A stretch of 64,000 nucleotides of DNA from Candidatus Poribacteria bacterium. GTDB lineage: Bacteria > Poribacteria > WGA-4E > WGA-3G. Position 1 is the stretch's first letter. The number at the start of each line of letters is the position of its first letter. The stretch covers positions 5,033-69,032 of the forward strand of contig JAJEIE010000039.1 in the NCBI GenBank assembly GCA_022827625.1. Reading direction: 5' to 3'. Below are positions 59,507 through 64,000 of this stretch, piece after piece. Under the pieces are notes generated by a model. That model ran no database searches. It was not told where the DNA came from and saw nothing but the letters and a program-made list of their open reading frames with translations. A program made the position numbers and the translations under genes.

Positions 59507-60910
59507 ATGGAACAGCCGAGACCGAACGAACTCAAAGCACTTTTTCATCTGCTTGAGCATACCGCAAAAATCACGGAGGATGCAGCCCTGACAGATGCCT
59601 TTAAGGGGGGCGAAAAGCGATGCATCTCCCAATTCAATAACGTCCTCAAACGTCTGCGCGACCTGAATGCTGTGCCTGATGGACTTTTTGAAGAACTTGC
59701 GGACGATGCGTCTTTTGGTCAAATCGGGATCGCATGCCATCAGCTCGCAGCATACCTCAACGAGGAATTGGACACCGCTACCGATTTCAAGGGATGGTTC
59801 GATAGCTTTTTCGGAAAAAGGTTCATGGAAAACCTAACAGAGGAACTCACAGATAGACCGTTCGGCGATTTGATTCGGAGGGCGGTCCCAGATTTCTTAA
59901 CCGAGACCACGCTTGAAGATATAACGGAAGTGTTTCCTGTCGCATCTGGTGGCAAATTAACCGTCAATACTGACTTCGGCGCAATTGACGTACAGAGCGC
60001 AGCGCAGGACACTGTTTCTGTGCGTGTGCAACGTTCCGCCCAGTTGAAAGCGGATCGACGGGCAGGCGAAATTCTCAAGCATTTCGATGTTCAGATGACC
60101 CACGAAGCCTCTGATGTTAAAATCGAAGCAGAATTCAAGGGACCCGGAAAACAGTGGAAAAAGGCACAAAAACGCTTAGACATTCAGTTTAGTATCGTTG
60201 TCCCCCAACACTACTCCCTTGATTTGACAACAGCAGGTGCAGAAATTTCCGCTGCAGATATAACTGGGGACGTGAATGCCAAAACAACTGGGAGTAGGCT
60301 CCGTCTCGAAAATATAACCGGATATATTGATGGGAAAACCTCTGGCGGGAATATCGATCTCAAGGCGTTCAATGGCGATGCCAACCTTCAAACAAGCCGT
60401 GGGAATATAACGCTTGAGACTGGCAGCGGCGATGTCGATGCCAAAACCTCTGGTGGGAACCTCCAATTTGCCAATCTCACCGGTGTCGTCAATGGAAGAA
60501 CCTCTGGTGGGAATATCACACTGCGCCGCTGCAAAGGCGGGGCAGACGTAAAAACGGCTGGGGGTAGTATTGAAGTGGAAAACGACGGACCCGTCCTTGC
60601 GAGAACGACAGGCGGCTCTATCCGTTGCCAACTGCAAAAGGCGGCTCCAAATCAGAATGTACTACTGGATTTGGAAACAATGGGTGGCGGTATAAACGTG
60701 TCGGTCGTTCCAGATATTGCCGCGACGGTTGAAGCGCAAGTCCTTGGTGGCACAGTGACAACGGAATTGCCGGTCTCAGTGGAGATGAGAGGTTCCGTCA
60801 GACCCAACGAGTTGCAGGGAACTATCAACGGTGGGGGTCCGCTTCTCAAACTCCGTTCGATTGGTGGAAATATTATCCTAAAAAAGAAAGAAGATGAAAC
60901 AGAGGTATAG
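59507..60910 (+). CDS. DUF4097-domain (beta-helical putative adhesin fold) protein, probable cognate anti-sigma / envelope-stress partner
   Basis: 467 aa. Helical N-terminal ~150 aa with no transmembrane segment. Then tandem ~20-aa repeats (TSGGNIDLKAFNGDANLQTSRGNITLETGSGDVDAKTSGGNLQF…) characteristic of DUF4097. It sits 47 nt after the sigma gene. Confidence 0.6.
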   Translation: MEQPRPNELKALFHLLEHTAKITEDAALTDAFKGGEKRCISQFNNVLKRLRDLNAVPDGLFEELADDASFGQIGIACHQLAAYLNEELDTATDFKGWFDSFFGKRFMENLTEELTDRPFGDLIRRAVPDFLTETTLEDITEVFPVASGGKLTVNTDFGAIDVQSAAQDTVSVRVQRSAQLKADRRAGEILKHFDVQMTHEASDVKIEAEFKGPGKQWKKAQKRLDIQFSIVVPQHYSLDLTTAGAEISAADITGDVNAKTTGSRLRLENITGYIDGKTSGGNIDLKAFNGDANLQTSRGNITLETGSGDVDAKTSGGNLQFANLTGVVNGRTSGGNITLRRCKGGADVKTAGGSIEVENDGPVLARTTGGSIRCQLQKAAPNQNVLLDLETMGGGINVSVVPDIAATVEAQVLGGTVTTELPVSVEMRGSVRPNELQGTINGGGPLLKLRSIGGNIILKKKEDETEV

Positions 60911-61280
60911 CACGTTGGAAAACAGACGGCGCGAATTAATGTTAGCAGGGCTGCTTGTATGGTTTATCGTAAGTGCAGGTGTTTTTATAACCCTTGTGCT
61001 ACCGTTTGTCGTGCCGTTACACCAGTTAGCGCAATTCATCCCTGAATGCACATGGCAAGTCGAATTTCAGAAACCGTGTGCTTTCTGTGGAATGACGACT
61101 GCATTCTATGCGCTCTCACACGGAGACTTCACGGAAGCATATCGTTTAAATCCGTTGAGTCTTTATATCTATGCCGTACTTGTCCTCAATACCTTTTGTG
61201 CAATGATTACACTAAAACACACGACCTATTTTATTAAAAATCTCGGAGCGGCCCTCCGCACCGATAACATCTTGTCATAG
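60894..61280 (+). CDS. DUF2752-family membrane protein
   Basis: 128 aa. N-terminal transmembrane segment, then C-x-F-C-G-M-T-T-A-F (like the DUF2752 CPxCGxTR motif), then a second transmembrane region. Confidence 0.5.
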   Translation: MKQRYSTLENRRRELMLAGLLVWFIVSAGVFITLVLPFVVPLHQLAQFIPECTWQVEFQKPCAFCGMTTAFYALSHGDFTEAYRLNPLSLYIYAVLVLNTFCAMITLKHTTYFIKNLGAALRTDNILS

Positions 61281-61294
61281 ATTGGAGATTAACC

Positions 61295-61546
61295 ATGAAC
61301 ATATTATCAATCCTCAGTTTAGTTTGGGGAATATTGGCTATTCTTGGAATGGTCGTCGGTTTTATCCCGTGTCTCGGTTCCATCAACTACCTTAACATTC
61401 CGTTCGCAGTCTTTGGATTACTTTTCAGTATTGTTGCCCTTGTCTTATCGTCAAACAAAGAATATGCTATTGCTGGATGCGTCCTATGTGCTGTAGCGAT
61501 TTTCTTGGGTGCTATCCGCCTCGTCTTGGGTTTTGGTATTTTCTAA
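61295..61546 (+). CDS. Small membrane protein (83 aa, 2-3 TM)
   Basis: Strongly hydrophobic ORF tightly following the DUF2752 gene. Confidence 0.45.
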   Translation: MNILSILSLVWGILAILGMVVGFIPCLGSINYLNIPFAVFGLLFSIVALVLSSNKEYAIAGCVLCAVAIFLGAIRLVLGFGIF

Positions 61547-61559
61547 TTTCGTTGGTTGC

Positions 61560-61853
61560 CTAACTGGCTTGATTTTCATTGTGTTTCTCCATGAAGGCAT
61601 GTTTTGAGTGGCGGGCATCTTTTAACGTGGAGAGAAGGTCAAACACTTTATCCAATTGCGGTGGGTGCTCGGTATTCAGGAGATAGGTGAGAGTCTGTGG
61701 ACTGAGATTTGTCCATGTGACAAGTTCTTCAATTCCGCCTTGCGCTTCTGCAATATCTTTCATAGAGCGTAGTTCCGGGCGCGTGTCAAAATTTTTACAT
61801 GTCCTCCACAGGACTATCACCTTTTTCACACACTTTCCCATATTTTTTCTCAC
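61560..61853 (-). CDS. Hypothetical small protein, possible HTH DNA-binding (alternative start M at 61763 gives 67 aa)
   Basis: Segment IAEAQGGIEELVTWTNLSPQTLTYLLN resembles an XRE-type helix-turn-helix. It is divergent from the xisI-like gene. Confidence 0.35.
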   Translation of the reverse strand: MRKNMGKCVKKVIVLWRTCKNFDTRPELRSMKDIAEAQGGIEELVTWTNLSPQTLTYLLNTEHPPQLDKVFDLLSTLKDARHSKHAFMEKHNENQAS

Positions 61854-61967
61854 ATACGCCTATGACCAATAAACCTAACATAAAAATAGGGATAAGTGAC
61901 AAAAACTTGACTTTTGATTGATTGTGTAGTATTTTATTTTTGACAGAGCCGAGGAGGTGATCGTGAA

Positions 61968-62300
61968 ATGGAACGGATAGAAAAGTATAGAGATATTATA
62001 CTACGAGTGCTTCGCGAGTACATACAAGTGCCATCCCCTTATGGAGATATGGTAGATGAACTTATTGTGGATCGAGAAGCAGATCGCTATCTGTGGATGG
62101 CCCGAGGCTATCAGAAACATAAACGTATCCATGCCTGTGTTGTCCGAATTGATATTATTGATGGGAAATTATGGATACAACAAGATAATACCGAAGGCAT
62201 CGCGCCTGAATTAGAGCGGTACGGAGTGGCGAAAGAGCATATTGTCTTAGGGTTCCGCCCTCCAGATATTCGACCTTATACCGGATACGCGGTTGAGTAA
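61968..62300 (+). CDS. xisI: XisI-family protein (fdxN-element excision-controlling factor homolog)
   Basis: 110 aa. Matches the XisI pattern (…YRDIILRVLREY…DRYLWM…HACVVRIDIIDGKLWIQQDNTEGIAPELERYGVAKEHIVLGF…). No xisH-like gene is adjacent. Confidence 0.75.
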   Translation: MERIEKYRDIILRVLREYIQVPSPYGDMVDELIVDREADRYLWMARGYQKHKRIHACVVRIDIIDGKLWIQQDNTEGIAPELERYGVAKEHIVLGFRPPDIRPYTGYAVE

Positions 62301-62334
62301 CTGCGGATAAATCGGATTAACAAAAGGAAAATCG

Positions 62335-63057
62335 ATGAAGTGCCTTGATTATGGACTCTCTTTTATCAACACTGTTGGGAACGGGAATGCCCCTCGCTTT
62401 TGGGTCGAATCTCGATGCCGCATCATAGATGACACGGATGGAAGTTTCAGCGATTACTACCAATGTGGTTCGTGTAAGAGTGAACACACTTTTGCGGAGA
62501 AAAATCTCTTCATACATCCAAACTACGACTTCCTCCCTGTTTTTGGTGAAGCACATACAGCAATATTCAGAAGGCATGCTTATTGCAACGATACCTACGT
62601 CGAGTATAGACCGGCACGGGATTATTGGGGAGGTCCTCTGTTTGATGTTCAAGAGGCATCGCCGGTCCAGGTCCTTGATAGCAACGCAGCCGTTTTTGAG
62701 GCGACACAAAAATGTCTACCTCTCGTAACGCACACAGAAATATGGGATACCCATACACAGCAACGGGCAATTATCGAGTGCCCGGTTAAAACGATGAACA
62801 TAGATGAAAACGCCGGCATCTACCAAGTTGATACAGGCATCGTTCTATTTCCAGATCTGTCAAAGCGATACGATCGGCAGATTGAGATGTTCAGCCCCGC
62901 CTATGTCGCTTTCAACGCACCACACTTCGCTGACTTCGTTATCGAACGTCCCACTGCCATCATTGAAAATGGAGTGGAAGTGACCCAAGTTTACCACTAC
63001 TCCGAAATTCGGAGTTTAGAAGCAAAGAATACTGTGTTCTGCATCGGTGAACTTTAA
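62335..63057 (+). CDS. Hypothetical Cys-rich protein (240 aa) co-oriented 34 nt downstream of xisI
   Basis: Good coding character. N-terminal C…C…C-x-x-C cluster (CLDYG…CRIID…YYQCGSCKSEH). No family recognised. Confidence 0.5.
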   Translation: MKCLDYGLSFINTVGNGNAPRFWVESRCRIIDDTDGSFSDYYQCGSCKSEHTFAEKNLFIHPNYDFLPVFGEAHTAIFRRHAYCNDTYVEYRPARDYWGGPLFDVQEASPVQVLDSNAAVFEATQKCLPLVTHTEIWDTHTQQRAIIECPVKTMNIDENAGIYQVDTGIVLFPDLSKRYDRQIEMFSPAYVAFNAPHFADFVIERPTAIIENGVEVTQVYHYSEIRSLEAKNTVFCIGEL

Positions 63058-63233
63058 CAGACCCTCCCATTTATGTCCGCACTGCAAATAAATTTTATTG
63101 CAAAAATTTTTAACTCTATTTATAATACCAACATAAAGCACCGAATCACATATCTTTTATAGTGAATTCTATAATTAATTGAGCACTTCCATTGTAGCGC
63201 GATGCACATCGCATCTGAGCGGGTACGCCGCAA

Positions 63234-63314
63234 AACTGTTAGTTTGCGTGCCACTCTACACACAAACTAACAGTTTGTGGTACAGGTGTTCACATATTTT
63301 TGGGCTTTACTATA
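63234..63314. repeat. Copy B of the ~82-nt palindromic intergenic repeat
   Basis: AACTGTTAGTTTGCGTGCCACTCTACACACAAACTAACAGTTTGTGGTACAGGTGTTCACATATTTTTGGGCTTTACTATA; about 90% identical to 22796-22877. Confidence 0.7.
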
Positions 63315-63360
63315 TAGTGCTGATACCAACTCGCACGATTTCTATACGGAGGAGAAAAAA

Positions 63361-64000
63361 CATGAAAAGTGTTCGCATAAGTCTTGTCTTAGTGCTAATA
63401 CTCACACTTGCGTTCGTCACTGCCCTCAAAGCGGATGACCATCAATCCCAATCCTTAACCATTGTCTGGGCAGAATGGGATCCCGCTAATTACCTGCAGG
63501 AACTCTCAAAAGACTTTACCGCCGAAACCGGCATTACCGTCGATGTCATCCAGATTCCGTGGCCCAATTTCCAAGATAAAGTCTTCACGGCTTTTGTCGG
63601 GAAAAGCGATCTGTACGACATCGTCATCGGCGATAGTCAATGGCTCGGTCGGAACTCTCAGGGTCAGAACTACATCAATCTCACCGATTGGATTAATGAA
63701 AATATTGATGTAGATTCTATCTACGGACCCGCGATGACGGCGTTCGCCGAATATCCGAAAGGCAGCGGGACGTACTGGGCACTGCCCGCCGAAGTTGATG
63801 CCGCTGGCTACGTCTATCGGAAAGATCTGTTTGAAGATCCAAAAGAGATGGCGGCGTTCCAAGAGAAGTACGGCTACGCACTCGCACCCCCAACAACGTA
63901 CGACCAACTCCGCGATATTGCCGAATTCTTTACGCGCCCGGCGCAAGACCTCTACGGCATCGCAACTTGGTATAGCAAAGAATACGACGGTATCACGATG
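63361..64000 (+). CDS. Extracellular solute-binding protein (ABC transporter SBP, family 1, sugar-type), 3'-truncated by window end
   Basis: Signal peptide MKSVRISLVLVLILTLAFVTALKA, then …TIVWAEWDPANYLQELSKDFTAETGITVDVIQIPW…DLYDIVIGDSQWLG…. The frame stays open to the window end. The track lists only the antisense shadow ORF 63506-63946. Confidence 0.7.

Noticed and set aside
63506-63946. 146-aa minus-strand ORF at the window end
   Set aside because: Antisense to a much better plus-strand frame encoding a signal-peptide-bearing solute-binding protein that is open to the window end.
1-64000. CRISPR arrays, tRNA/rRNA genes, insertion sequences or integrases
   Set aside because: No regularly spaced direct repeats and no tRNA-like TψC-arm motifs (GTTCGAATC) in the spacers. 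No transposase- or integrase-like ORFs were seen. The only repeats are the ~82-nt palindromic elements reported above.

Overview
This window reads as a chromosomal, largely housekeeping region of an unidentified bacterium with about 50% GC; the phylum is not assignable from sequence alone. I call roughly 50 protein-coding genes and found no rRNA, tRNA, CRISPR array or obvious transposon. Coding density is high, and most intergenic promoters carry an extended -10 box (TGn + TATAMT).

Recognisable genes include glyA-folC, an H+-pyrophosphatase, ilvD, a crotonase-thiolase pair, a lactonase, tmk-holB, metG, sodA, the ilvBNC operon, mtnA, recJ-relA/spoT, rpmB and an ECF sigma factor. Accessory content includes a secreted subtilase with a type IX secretion system (T9SS)-type C-terminal sorting domain, FG-GAP and HEAT/TPR proteins, a Uma2 endonuclease homolog and an orphan XisI homolog. 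A minus-strand operon at 31311-37770 combines a peptide-type binding protein, a dehydrogenase, a PhyH dioxygenase and two ABC-2-like permeases with no ATPase; a second PhyH gene sits divergently just downstream at 30454.

The best-supported non-coding find is a T-box riboswitch leader in front of ilvB, fed by a near-consensus promoter. It shows the canonical box order, a T-box sequence overlapping an intrinsic terminator, and a probable CUC (Leu) specifier.

Other items worth a second look are an approximately 82-nt palindromic repeat present in two full copies plus a partial third, an orphan AddB-like nuclease without its ATPase motif or an AddA partner, a RecJ with an unexplained C-terminal extension of roughly 290 aa, a cold-shock-domain protein fused to an Hfq-like Sm domain, a hairpin cluster with mutually exclusive pairing in the 466-nt spacer at 37.8-38.2 kb, and an ECF sigma / DUF4097 / DUF2752 envelope module. 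I found no single clear-cut novel system; the candidate islands are listed with calibrated interest.
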